From the NCBI GenBank assembly GCA_964016885.1, contig OZ024753.1, positions 1,178,001-1,242,000 on the forward strand: a DNA stretch of 64,000 bases, in the 5' to 3' direction. Each line of letters opens with the position of its first letter. Within the stretch, counting starts at the first letter, position 1. This document shows positions 44,650 to 58,897 of this stretch, in pieces. The position numbers and the translations under genes are program-made. This DNA is from Eledone cirrhosa. Its lineage: Eukaryota. The notes under the pieces were generated by a model that searched no databases, was not told the DNA's origin, and saw only the letters and a list, made by a program, of their open reading frames with translations.

Positions 44650-44849
44650 NNNNNNNNNNNNNNNNNNNNNNNNNNNNNNNNNNNNNNNNNNNNNNNNNNN
44701 NNNNNNNNNNNNNNNNNNNNNNNNNNNNNNNNNNNNNNNNNNNNNNNNNNNNNNNNNNNNNNNNNNNNNNNNNNNNNNNNNNNNNNNNNNNNNNNNNNNN
44801 NNNNNNNNNNNNNNNNNNNNNNNNNNNNNNNNNNNNNNNNNNNNNNNNN
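44650..44849. other. Assembly gap (200 N)
   Basis: Run of exactly 200 N. Confidence 0.99.
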
Positions 44850-45261
44850 GGTTTTGTTTCCTTTCTCTATCTGAAAACGTAGTTTCTATAAATTAAGAAT
44901 TTATCGTGTACGACTATCAGTATACATATCTTTAAGCTAATGGACTAAATTTATGCTATGACCCTTTTAGTTCTTTTCTCTCGATACCTTTTAGTATTAA
45001 TTTTACATATATACATATAATTAGTTGGGTTTGGGAAACTACTACATTACAGGATGGGTTGTAAATGTTAAGGTAACAAAATCGGGTGAAGAAACAAAAG
45101 GTTGAGATTGAGTGGAAAAAAGGAAAGAATCAGAGATAATGTTACATTGGAAATATTTATTATTCCTATAATTCGGATGTATCATCCATTAACAAGGGAT
45201 CCGAAGGAAACCTCGGAAAATGCCGGAGAAGACCTTTCTTAACCTCTGTGTGGCTCATATA

Positions 45262-45336
45262 CAGGGTGTCCCAAAAAATGTATACACACTTCAACAGCAT
45301 TCTAATAAAAGTGTATATACACTTTTGAACACCCTA
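45262..45336. mobile_element. Very short Tc1/mariner-type MITE
   Basis: TA-cagggtgtcccaaaa...ttttgaacaccct(a)-TA, with internal tgtatacacactt/aagtgtatataca symmetry. Confidence 0.6.
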
Positions 45337-45471
45337 TATTTATATAGTACAACAATTTTAAAGTTTGAAAATGAAAGAAATTAAGTTACTTAAGAAAAAA
45401 AATAACTTTGTATTTATTTTCTATGTCTGATATATTTTATCTCTTTCTTCTGTTTTCTCGTTGGACGACAG

Positions 45472-45657
45472 CGAAGCAACGATATTCCAGTTCAGAACTC
45501 TACCAGTACTGATGCCATCCCTAATTGTCACAAGAAGAAAATACTGCAGTCAACGGATGGCATCAACCTCGGCACTGGTTTGGTTTCTATTGATTATGAA
45601 ACGCGAGAAAGCACTGCAAAAGCAGGAATAGATTTTCGACCAATCACCGGAACATTG
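45472..45657 (+). CDS. SLC8/NCX Na+/Ca2+ exchanger exon, Calx-beta 1 (RSNDIPVQ...GTGLVSIDYETRESTAKAGIDFRPITGTL)
   Basis: Polypyrimidine tract + acag acceptor, gtaagt donor, 186 nt open; V.IDY.T...TA.AG.DF....GTL Calx-beta motif. The 5' boundary is less certain than the 3'. Confidence 0.82.
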
Positions 45658-45708
45658 GTAAGTCTTGGGTTATAATTTTCGGTTTATTTTTTTCGATTTG
45701 TTTGCAAA

Positions 45709-45831
45709 GGCGTGTGGCTGAGTGGTTAGAGAATTGGATTCGCAATCGTGAGGTTGTGAGTTCGATTCCCGGACCGGGCGATGCGTTATGTCCTTGAGCA
45801 AGACACTTTATTTCACGTTGTTCCTTCTAAC
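45709..45831 (+). mobile_element. tRNA-derived CORE-type SINE (family 2)
   Basis: A box TGGCTGAGTGG, B box GAGTTCGATTC, CORE-like tgtccttgagcaagacactt. Related copies at ~39180-39275(-), 41700-41975(-), 47690-47815(-) and 31340-31650(+). Confidence 0.8.
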
Positions 45832-46551
45832 TGGAGTTGCAACCGATAGATAGTATTAGCTATTGGAAAGACTAATGGAAACATTGTTCCCTCGGTCCGA
45901 TTTGACGAAAGTCGATCGTTCCTTTTTTTTTTTTCTGTTTGCAAAATATCATCAGCTTGATGTATCACGGAGTTTTTAATGTTTTTAGCATAAAGAAATT
46001 AACTTGGCATGTTAAATGAACATGATGGAGAAAAAGATCTAAAAAGATTCAGAGATACAAAATAGATATGGTTTTCTGTTATTAGAATAGGGTTTACCAA
46101 AAAATTATATTTTCAATTTAATATTATGACTTTTAACTACCAAATATAGCTCGATGCGGCTATATCGATTTTTTTTTTTTTTTTTTTTCTTTTGAGCTAA
46201 CTTTGAAAATAGGTAGAACATGTAAGAACTCACCATCATAAGCAAATTTTTGTTTTGTTATCATGCAGGAACTCTTGTGTATTCTCTTCAGAAAATTCTA
46301 TGTGATTTTCTTTAGCAAAAGAACTGCAATTCTGTTTCTATTTCTGTGATAAACTGCCTCATCTCTCTATCTCTCTCTCCCTCTATCAATGAAAGTTTGT
46401 GAGAGAGAGAGAAAAACTGGAGTAATGGCATATATATTATAATCTCAACAAAGACGAGCTACCGTAGCATGCAATAAATATATACATCAGTATTCACTGT
46501 GAAGCAATGTCTAAAAATTTGAATGGAAATCATGTCTTATATTTTAATCAG

Positions 46552-46714
46552 GTATTTCGTGAAGATGAATACAGAAAGCAGATAAGTGTAGATATTCTCA
46601 GCGATGGCTACACTACCAACACCATTGATTTTTTCCTGATACTAAAGAATCCCTCTGGTAATGCAGGTCTTGGGGATCCTTCTGTGGCTCATATCGTCGT
46701 TATTGGTCGACATG
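46552..46714 (+). CDS. NCX exon, Calx-beta 1 C-half (VFREDEYRKQISVDILSDGYTTNTIDFFLILKNPSGNAGLGDPSVAHIVVIGRH)
   Basis: ttttaatcag acceptor, gtaaga donor, 163 nt (phase 0 to 1); F...E..K.I.V.I...F.L.L.NP...LG.PSVA Calx-beta pattern. Confidence 0.88.
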
Positions 46715-46773
46715 GTAAGATGGTTATGATTTATTTAGTTGGTATAAGGATGATGTATTAGCAGTGTCATTAA

Positions 46774-46994
46774 CCCTTTAGCATTTACATTACTCTATAT
46801 TCATTATTATATTTTCACGGTAAAGGTTTTCCCTCACATAATTATCTCACGTAATATCGAATCTATGAGATTTTGATATTATTTATTTTGAGAACAATAC
46901 CTTAACATAATTATGAGAGGCCAGTTACAGCCGGCTTGAACAAAAAGAGGTGAGAGAATTCTGGTCGGATAAGGCCGGTTTAAATGCTACAGGG
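46774..46994. mobile_element. TTAA-flanked MITE, family B (NCX intron)
   Basis: ttaa-ccctttagcattt ... aaatgctacaggg-ttaa. Confidence 0.78.
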
Positions 46995-47134
46995 TTAAGT
47001 GCATCGGATGAAATGCTTTGCAGTATTTCTTTACGATCCATTATGTTCTGAGGTCAACTATGCCTGTCATCTTTTAGCGGTCGATAAAATATAGTACCAG
47101 CAAAGTATTGGGGGCCAAAATAATCAACTTTGAA

Positions 47135-47465
47135 CATTTATCGACCCCGTAAGGATGAAAGGCAAAGTTAACCTCGGTGGGATTTGAACTCAGACCGTAA
47201 AGGGTCGTAACTCTATACTGCATAGCATGGCGTGCGACTCTCTACCGACACTGCCAATCCGCCATGACCATAATTGTTTCTACTTTTGGCACAAGGCCAG
47301 CAACTACCCAGTGTATTACTGGTACTTTTATTTTATCGACCCCGTAAGGATGAAAGGCAAAGTTAACCTCGGCGGGATTTGAACTCAGAATGGCAAGGGC
47401 CGTAACTCTATGCGTCAAAGCATGGCGTCCGACCCTCTACCGATACTGCCAATCATCCACCATGA
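47135..47465 (-). mobile_element. Two SINE family 1 copies, minus strand
   Basis: Reverse complement of the consensus (ggatttgaactcag, ccgatactgcca). Confidence 0.82.
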
Positions 47466-47869
47466 CCATAATATTAGTCATCATCATCATCATCATTTCA
47501 TTTTACGTCCACTTTTCCCTGCTTGCAAGGGTGGGACAGGAACTGATTCTGGCTTGATTTCTACAGTTGGAAGCCCTTCCTAACGCCAACCTCATTTACA
47601 GTGAGTGCTGGGTGATTTTTTGCCGTGGCACCTACACGACCACTTTCCAGTGGAATGATAGGGACCCCAGTCCCTATCATCTCATTTCTACAGCTGAGTA
47701 AACTGGAGCAATGTGAAATAAAGTGTCTTGCTCAAGGAAACAACACATCACCCGGTCTGAGAATTGAACTCACAACTTTTCGATTGCAAGGCCAATGCTC
47801 TAACCACTAAGCCATGTGTTCCCAACTACTACTTATAGTCGATTACTATAAATAGTAGTTGGGAATATC

Positions 47870-48700
47870 GTGATGACATTCTCGGAAAAAGTCTGGGCGC
47901 CGACGAAATCGTTCTAGCCAGTGTGTTCCGGAGTACTTTCGAGCCGGGGACTATGGACAATTTCCAGAAATCCTTTACTTGGCAGTGCTACCGGTGTCCA
48001 ATTTGACACAAACTCTACAGACACGGAAATTCTGTCAAACAGACCTTCCCGAGATGGACGCAGAGCGGCGACACCGTTCTACAAGCACTCATCCAGTGTC
48101 CGAGCATTACTGCCTCGTGGAGTTTTGTCAAACAGCTATTATCGCATGTAGAACGGATCCGGCTATGGACCGACTCCATCGTGAAAACTGCCCCTCTACC
48201 TTCTTTTGGCCGGGAAGGACACCCAGTTTTCTTCTGTCTGGTGGCCGTAGCAAAATAGATGTGGTGGATGCGACTAAAAGGACTGAATACAGACACTTTC
48301 TTCTTCGGCCAAGCCCTCATCATCCTTTTCAAGTTCCACTTGGAAAAGAAGGGTGATACTAAAGAGGTAAGTGCTGATCGCCCCTCCTCCGCAGTACATT
48401 TGTTAAAAAGTGGGTGAATGTAACAAGGATGGTTAGAGTGAATGGGCCTACTCTGATGTTGCGCCTGTAGGCTAGAGAGTTTAGAGAGGAGAAGGCACCT
48501 TTCTATGGTGCTCTAGGGGATTAGGGTGTTTTAGGATTTGTATGGTTCTTACGTTACCCCTGAGTGGTACTCCCCCTATTGAGCAATTTTATTGTTAATT
48601 GTTACATGTTATCCTTTTTTACATGTTCTATGTAAACCCCCACTGTCCTTGGTTTTGTCCTTTATGTTTCGACCCTAGTGAGCAATAAAGAAATAAAATT
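47870..48700 (+). mobile_element. Decayed L1/Tx1-type LINE 3' fragment
   Basis: Degenerate zinc-knuckle region (KLYRHG...FPRW..SGDTVLQALIQCP...W), then 3' UTR and aataaag A-rich end. Confidence 0.6.
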
Positions 48701-48716
48701 TATCATTATTTTCCAG

Positions 48717-48840
48717 AACCAGGAGAGTTCCTATTTGAATCAGCATATTGCCATGCAGATATGAAAAAAGGGAATGTTACAGCGATTGTTCATCGTGAAG
48801 GTGGATTTGATAGCACTGTCTCTGTTCAGTATCAAACTAT
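48717..48840 (+). CDS. NCX exon, start of Calx-beta 2 ((E)PGEFLFESAYCHADMKKGNVTAIVHREGGFDSTVSVQYQT)
   Basis: ttttccag acceptor, gtaagt donor, 124 nt (phase 1 to 2), in frame with neighbours. Confidence 0.88.
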
Positions 48841-49464
48841 GTAAGTTGTCAAATACTAATATATTGTATACTAAATCTTTAAAATTAGAAATGTGTGTGT
48901 CCCAACGCAAATAACCCTAATAATAATAATAATAATGATGGTGTCTACTATAGGTACAAGGCTAGCAATTTGGGTAGAGGAGAAAGTCGATTAAATCGAC
49001 CGCAGTTCATTACTGGTGCTTTATTTATCGACCCCGTAAGGATGTAAGGCAAAAAATGATAATAATTTTTTAATATATTTAAAACACTTGTGATATAATA
49101 ATTTTTGTTGCAAATAGGACATAAGGCATCAGCCCTCGCCCTCAAGAGGTGAAACTACATAATATCTGGGCCTATGGCTCAAATAATTAATTTCATATCC
49201 AAAAAAAGGAAATGTTTACAAATGGAAGAAAACCCCTCCGCGTCCACCAAATGCAACAGCCCAATAACGGCAATCTCACCACCACCACCACCGCCACCAC
49301 CGCCAATCCCATTGGTCATCTGAAATACTCACATCTCCTCCTCCTCCTTACTTTCTCGCCTACTAAACTTTATACTATTATTGGCAATGTAAAGCCATTT
49401 GGATTTTGTGAGATATATTTGAGAAATGTGATGATAAAGGGGTTAAGAGCAGGTTGTTGAGAAA

Positions 49465-49976
49465 ATCTGCTCAGAGTTACTGAAGAATGGAACAAACTAC
49501 CTGCATCAGTTGTTAGCTGCCGAGACACTGCATCCTTTAAAACCTCCATGGAACAAACTACCTGCATCAGTTGTTAGCTGCCGAGACACTGCATCCTTTA
49601 AAACCTCCATGGAACAAACTACCTGCTTCAGTTGTTAGCTGCCGAGACACTGCATCCTTTAAAACCTTCATGGAACAAACTACCTGCATCAGTTGTTAGC
49701 TGCCGAGACACTGCATCCTTTAAAACCTCCATGGAACAAACTACCTGCTTCAGTTGTTAGCTGCCGAGACACTGCATCCTTTAAATCCTCCATGCTTCCT
49801 GAAATTCGCCAACACTACACCTGATATCCCCTCCTCCATACACACGCACACTTGTGTATCATGATTCATACGCTGTTCACTTTCCTGACATTTGTACATT
49901 ATTCTATGTACTATACATGCACCTTTGATGAGTTGTAGTGCACCTGAGCACTGTACACAATAATTTCATTATTATT
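49465..49976 (+). mobile_element. CR1/L2-type LINE 3' end with internal 5x61-bp tandem amplification
   Basis: RVTEEWNKLPASVVSCRDTASFKTSM...PEIRQHYT* (WN.LP..VV....FK motif), 3' UTR, (ATT)n tail. Confidence 0.75.
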
Positions 49977-50539
49977 CTGTCCACTGGTGGGGCAACCAGG
50001 TTTTATCTTGGGTAATTTAATATAGCTGTTCCCATCAGAAAGCCAAATGATTTTCTCCTTCTTCCAATAGAAATGACAGCCAATGTAAATTGTTAATAAA
50101 TCTGTGTAACTAAATATATATATGTGTGTGTGTTTGTATGTATACATGCATTTATATATACACACACACACACATATATATACTGCAATGTGTGTGTGTG
50201 TATTGTGTATTTATATATGTCTCTGTGTGTATGTATGTCTCTGTGTGTATGTCTGTATATGTGTGTATTGCTATGTGTGTGTGAGTGTGTGTATTCCTGT
50301 GTGTATGTCTGTGTGTGTGTCTGTATGTGTGTGTAAACATATAGGGAACATTAGGTTTCCAGGCTACACGTGTTGTGAATATTCAACGGAAATGTGTCTA
50401 TAGCAACCATTGGTAACCATTGGTAACTGAGTCAGTCGACAAATAAACTTTAAACTATCTTCTCTTATTTTATATTCCACCAGACTTTGTAACGTCACTG
50501 AGAATTTGGTTGGGGAGGGGGGGGGGGGGGGGGTGCATG

Positions 50540-50950
50540 GTTGTCGTGGTGGCAGTAGTGGTGTTAGTGGTGATGGTGGTAGTGGTGGTGGCGGTGATTG
50601 TAGTGTTAATGGTGGCGGTAGTGGTGGTGGTAGTGTTATCGATGTTGGTGGTGCTTGTAATGTTAATGGCAATGGTGGTGGTGATGGTGGCGTTGGTGGC
50701 GGTGATTGTAGTGTTAATGGTGGTGGTGGTAGTGGTGGCGGTGATTGTAGTGTTAATGGTGGTGGTGGTGATGGTGGCGGTGATTGTAGTGTTAATGGTG
50801 GTGGTAGTGGTGGTGGCGTTGGTGGCGGTGATTGTAGTGTTAATGGTGGTGGTGGTGATGGTGGCGGTGATTGTAGTGTTAATGGTGGTGGTAGTGGTGG
50901 TGGCGTTGGTGGCGGTGATTGTAGTGTTAATGGTGGTGGTAGTGGTGGTA
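50540..50950. repeat. (GGT)n-based minisatellite with ggcggtgattgtagtgttaat unit
   Basis: Direct reading. Confidence 0.9.
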
Positions 50951-51161
50951 AGGGTCATCCATAAACCAGCTATGATTTACAAGCCTTGTGCCTATAGTAG
51001 AGGTTAACTTTACCTTTCATCGTTAAGGGGTCAATAAAATAAAGTACCAGTCATGTACTGGGGTCGATTTAATTGACTTTCCCCACTCCCCAAAATTGCT
51101 GGCCTTGTGCCTATAGTAGAAACAATTATTCAGTTAATCAGTTATATCTTTCTTTTGACAG

Positions 51162-51291
51162 GGACGGCACAGCATGCGGTGGCAATGAGTTGGGGTCCGG
51201 GGTGGATTATATTGGAACTAAAGATATTCTGACATTCGCCGACGGTGAAATAACCAAAGCCATTACAATCGACATCAACCCAGATGTGAAG
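51162..51291 (+). CDS. NCX exon, Calx-beta 2 ((M)DGTACGGNELGSGVDYIGTKDILTFADGEITKAITIDINPDVK)
   Basis: tcttttgacag acceptor, gtgaac donor, 130 nt (phase 2 to 0); DGTA.GG...DY....L.F..GE..K.I.I motif. Confidence 0.88.
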
Positions 51292-51352
51292 GTGAACCAC
51301 TGTCTTTCATACTTGATTAATTAACCCTAACCCTGTATGTATATATATATAT

Positions 51353-51402
<50 letters not shown>

Positions 51403-51418
51403 GTATAGCCATATATAT

Positions 51419-51600
51419 ACTAGAAGTCGATGGAAACCGCGGAGTGGGGAGACCCAAGATGACCTGGGATGAGGTGATAAAAGCCGACCTTACCCAGTTA
51501 CACCTCTCAAAGGCGATGACACACAACCGTGACCTCTGGCGTCATGCAGTAATACAGAGTACCCGACCTCCCATGGGTACAAGCTGAAGCATATAGACAA
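51419..51600 (+). mobile_element. RTE LINE 3' fragment
   Basis: LEVDGNRGVGRPKMTWDEVIKADL...[10 protein letters not shown]. Confidence 0.7.
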
Positions 51601-51840
51601 TATGCCCCCCCCCCCCCACCGCAAGGTGGTCGTGGAGGTGCCACGGCAAAAAAGCACCCAGCCCACACTGTAAAGTGGACGTGTAGGCGCCACGAAAAAG
51701 CACCCAGCACTCACTGTCAATGAGGTTGGTGTTAGGGAGGGCATCCAGCTGTAGAAATCCAGCCAGAATCAGTTCCCGTCCCACCCTTGCAAGCAGGGAA
51801 AAAGCGGACGTAAAAATGAAATGATGAAATGATGATGATG
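51600..51840 (+). mobile_element. SINE/LINE 3' tail family ending in (GAT)n
   Basis: aaaaagcacccagcactcactg...ggcatccagctgtagaa...ggacgtaaaa...gatgatgat; copies at ~47480-47640(-) and 54590-54770(+). Confidence 0.7.
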
Positions 51841-54450
<2,610 letters not shown>

Positions 54451-55105
54451 ATGCTAGCCTGGAAGATGGACGTTAAACGAAGATGATGATGATATATATA
54501 TATATATATTGTTTCCTTGAGCAAGACACTTTATTTCACATTGCTCCAGTTTACTCAGCTGTAGAAATGAGGTCCCTATCATTTCACTGCAAAGTGGTCG
54601 TGTAGGTGCCACGGAAAAAAAGCACCCAGCACTCACTGTAAATGAAGTTGGTGTTAGGAAGGGCATCCAGCTGTAGAAATCTAGCCAGAATCAGTTCCCG
54701 TCCCACCCTTGCAAGCAGGGAAAAGCGGACATAAAAAGAAGAAGAAAAAGATGATGAAGATGAAGATGAAGACAGATAGATAGATATAGATCCATATTAA
54801 ATATTCCTTTGTGATGAACGATTTCAGACGTCTCTATTGAGGTCGCCTGCCTTCGTGAAACCTTTCGTAAATCGAATAATTGTATGGTGTTGCGTATTTC
54901 ATAATTAAATATATATATATATATACAGCTATCAGTATATAATTACCTAGTTGATGTCTAAATTCCAGTGAAAGAGCCATGCCTCTGTATTAGAAACCGG
55001 CTCTTCGTTTATTGGTGAGAAATTAATAAAAAGAAAAATACAACCAGAACAAACACAAACACAAACACAAGATCTATATATTGCTTTCTTTCCTTCTTAT
55101 TGAAG

Positions 55106-55196
55106 ATGTGCAAAAACTTCATACTCGTTCTGAGTAATCCTGATAATGGAGCTAGAATCGGTGAACGTAGTGCTGTCGTTTGCTTCATGAATAACG
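55106..55196 (+). CDS. NCX exon, end of Calx-beta 2 (MCKNFILVLSNPDNGARIGERSAVVCFMNN)
   Basis: Polypyrimidine tract + gaag acceptor, gtaagt donor, 91 nt (phase 0 to 1); F...LSNP..GA.IG motif. Confidence 0.83.
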
Positions 55197-55263
55197 GTAA
55201 GTCTATACAAGTTTCTCGTAAAAACTTTTCTCCACACCTAAATATCATTCCTTTGTCTCCGCA

Positions 55264-55301
<38 letters not shown>

Positions 55302-55304
55302 CCC

Positions 55305-55394
<90 letters not shown>

Positions 55395-55439
55395 ATATAT
55401 AAAAGACACAAAACAGTGAGTGTGTTTTGTTATTAATTC

Positions 55440-55620
55440 TGGCAGTATCGGTAGAGGGTCGGACGCCATGCTTTGACACATAGAGTTACGGCCCTTGCCA
55501 TTCTGAGTCCAAATGCTGCCAACGTTAACTTTGCCTTTATCCTTACGGGGTCGATAAAATAAAGTACCAGTAATACACTGGGTAATTACTGGCCTTGTGC
55601 CAAAAGTAGAAACAATTATT
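55440..55620 (+). mobile_element. SINE family 1
   Basis: Consensus match. Confidence 0.82.
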
Positions 55621-55683
55621 ACACAAATATTCCCCTCCCCAAGTATAAGATAGAAATAATATATATTATTTCTATCTTGAAGC

Positions 55684-56053
55684 TTGTCTTCTTGTCCTTC
55701 TCTCTTCTTGTCTTCTTGTCCTTCTCTCTTCTTGTCTTCTTGTCCTTCTCTCTTCTTGTCTTCTTGTCCTTCTCTCTTCTTGTCTTCTTGTCCTTCTCTC
55801 TTCTTGTCTTCTTGTCCTTCTTGTCCTTCTCTCTTCTTGTCTTCTTGTCCTTCTCTCTTCTTGTCTTCTTGTCTTCTTGTCCTTCTCTCTTCTTGTCTTC
55901 TTGTCCTTCTCTCTTCTTGTCTTCTTGTCCTTCTCTCTTCTTGTCTTCTTGTCCTTCTCTCTTCTTGTCTTCTTGTCCTTCTCTCTTCTTGTCTTCTTGT
56001 CCTTCTTGTCCTTCTCTCTTCTTGTCTTCTTGTCCTTCTCTCTTCTTGTCTTC
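55684..56053. repeat. 24-bp pyrimidine-rich minisatellite
   Basis: cttgtcttcttgtccttctctctt repeated about 15 times. Confidence 0.95.
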
Positions 56054-56656
56054 CTGTTGTGTATTATTTGTGTCTGTAAATGATGTTTCCGTAATTTCTT
56101 TGTTTGTAAATTTATTTATCTGCCCATTATTACTTTCTAGACGTCCATTTTGTTGTTCTTGTACATCTAACGTGTTTTCGTGCTTTTTCTTGTTTTTAAT
56201 GATGATGATGATGATGCTGTTGTTTCTGGCGGTTGTCAATAAGATGACTATCTTAGTGTTCATGTTGTTGTTCTTACTGTTAGATTCCCACCTCTAAAAG
56301 CAGTGAATACTTTCAAATATGAATATATTTAAGAATAAAAAATATATAGTAGTAGTAGTAGTAGTGGTGGAGTGATTGTGGTGCAGCATAGAGTTGCGGG
56401 TCTTTACGATTTGAGTTCAAATCCAGGCGAGGTTAACTTTGCCTTTCATTTTTACGGATTAGATAAAATAAAGAACCAGTAATTCACTGTGATAATTGCT
56501 GGCCTTGTTCCAAAAGTAGAAACAATTATTAATAATGGGAGATATGGGGGTTCTGTTCCTGAAAGCGGCCGATGGCAACTTCTTTTTCCGTCTTTTCAGA
56601 GTCAACAGCCCATTTTATAAGCTATCTTATAGCATCGATACGCTTGAGCACATCAT

Positions 56657-56698
<42 letters not shown>

Positions 56699-56705
<7 letters not shown>

Positions 56706-56848
56706 AATGGCTTCTACAGGACTGGACTAGAACTGTTTCATTCATATAGTCCTGTAGAAGTCATTTCTATATTAAATATTTATACTCTGCTATGTATTGA
56801 GTACCTTACTTAATGTGATTACCCCCTATTGAACCCGGGATAAACTTA
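56699..56848. mobile_element. Short fold-back element with Penelope-like tail in (TA)n
   Basis: atatagaaatggcttctacaggact / agtcctgtagaagtcatttctatat inverted arms. Tail gtattgagtacc...ttgaacccgggataaac recurs at ~31968-32020. Confidence 0.5.
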
Positions 56849-56942
56849 TATATATATGCAAAAAGGGTGAAATTTATACACAAAGGCTGTGCGGTTGGGA
56901 AACCCTGGTCTATACTATTTCCCCAACACAATTTAGTGAGTG

Positions 56943-57002
<60 letters not shown>

Positions 57003-57416
57003 TTATGTAAAGAAATCAATACAAAACCAACAAATTACTTGAAATCATAAATACTAGATTTTTCAGCATCGTGACGAAAGAAGAAATGGTAGGTCCAACC
57101 TTTATCACACAATACTGTCTGATAGGATTGATTTATTTTTCAAGTATTACGAAGTAGAAAGTCGTAGAATAACAAGCAAGCGTTTGATGTAAAGTTTCCA
57201 CATCGGCAATTGTGTTTACTGGCAGAGAATCGGAGAAATATGGACTATTAACTATTATAATATGGTATATTTTGAGATTGTTGGTTTAAAATCAATGAAT
57301 GCCATGTTAAATGGTTATCGGGTATTGTGCCCATTAGACGATGTAGACAATTCTAAATGGACCGGAATTGCTTAACAGCATAATTGTAGATAGTCAAATC
57401 TGAATGTACACCTTTC

Positions 57417-57509
57417 ATGTATGTATGTATGTACATATATATATATATGTATGTATGTATATAAATATATGCATATATGTATGTGTATATATATATATAT
57501 GTATGTATG

Positions 57510-57577
<68 letters not shown>

Positions 57578-57631
57578 TGTATGTATGTATGTATATATAT
57601 ATGTATGTATGTATATATATATGTATGTATG

Positions 57632-57665
<34 letters not shown>

Positions 57666-57797
57666 TGTATATATGTATGTATATATATATGTATGTATGT
57701 ATATGTATGTATGTATGTATATATATATGTATGTATATATATATGTATGTATGTATATATATATGTATGTATATATGTATGTATATATGTATGTATG

Positions 57798-57831
<34 letters not shown>

Positions 57832-57856
57832 TGTATGTATGTATGTATATATATAT
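57417..57856. repeat. (TATG/TA)n array; second block at 58449-58783
   Basis: Direct reading. Confidence 0.92.
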
Positions 57857-58449
57857 GGTGCTACTGGTAACATGTATCCCAGTACAACCTGTCTCATGGT
57901 CGGGTCGTTGGCGACTAAACTGGCAACCCCACCAAGGTTTCTTGGTGAGGAGGGTGACTTTGGACATCCTGCAGGACTAAAAACAAAACCTGTCAAAGGT
58001 CAAAGGAGCTCTTTAGAGTCAATGGCCATCCAAAATCACCGGGAGAGATGACCCCTTAGCCTTAGTCAAGGTAGAATTCTAGGAGAAGGAAAACTCTGAT
58101 ATAACACCTGCAACCCTGATGATATCCAATGATGTTGACTTGTTCTTCTTTTTGGTAAATATCATCTTGGTTAAGAGAGTGGGACTGGCTTTGTGCAGTG
58201 CCTTTGCTCACTATAAAAGCTTCACGGCACAGGCATTGCTTTATATCTGGAGATCTCTCTGCATTTGTCGTCACATGGTACCATGGGCCCAGCACTATGT
58301 GTCAATAATTGTCACAAGTGTAGTGTTTGTACCAGAGTTTTGAAGTCGCTGGTTAGACTAAAAAGTCACACTCGTTCAGCGTATCGGTAGGGGTTCTCCT
58401 ACATGGATATAAAGTAGTGGCCGTACTCGAAAACGAGTTGGCAGCCACC

Positions 58450-58481
<32 letters not shown>

Positions 58482-58564
58482 ATATGTATGTATGTATATA
58501 TGTATGTATGTATGTATATATATGTATGTATGTATATATGTATGTATGTATATATGTATGTATG

Positions 58565-58595
<31 letters not shown>

Positions 58596-58720
58596 ATATA
58601 TATGTATGTATGTATATATGTATGTATGTATATATATATGTATGTATGTATATATATATGTATGTATGTATATATATATGTATGTATGTATATATGTATG
58701 TATGTATATATATATGTATG

Positions 58721-58752
<32 letters not shown>

Positions 58753-58754
58753 TG

Positions 58755-58786
<32 letters not shown>

Positions 58787-58861
58787 AGGTAAACAGAAAT
58801 AACAACACAATCGGTACAGTATATGGAAGGAATATATTAGCTTGAAATAGCAGGAAGAGGG

Positions 58862-58897
58862 TCTTAACGTTTCAGATGCTAGTCCTTCATCAGAAGA
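58862..58897 (-). ncRNA. Minimal type I hammerhead ribozyme motif
   Basis: Minus strand: TCTT CTGATGA AGGActagcaTCT GAAAC GTT AAGA. Stem I TCTT/AAGA; palindromic loop-less stem III AACGTT, as in dimer-acting Penelope-type hammerheads. Confidence 0.65.

Noticed and set aside
45709-45780. tRNA gene
   Set aside because: tRNA-like A/B boxes run straight into a CORE-like SINE body; it is a SINE head.
55619-56263. 214-aa charged-repeat ORF (EDKKREGQ)n on the minus strand
   Set aside because: Translation of a 24-bp minisatellite with frame-shifting units inside an NCX intron.
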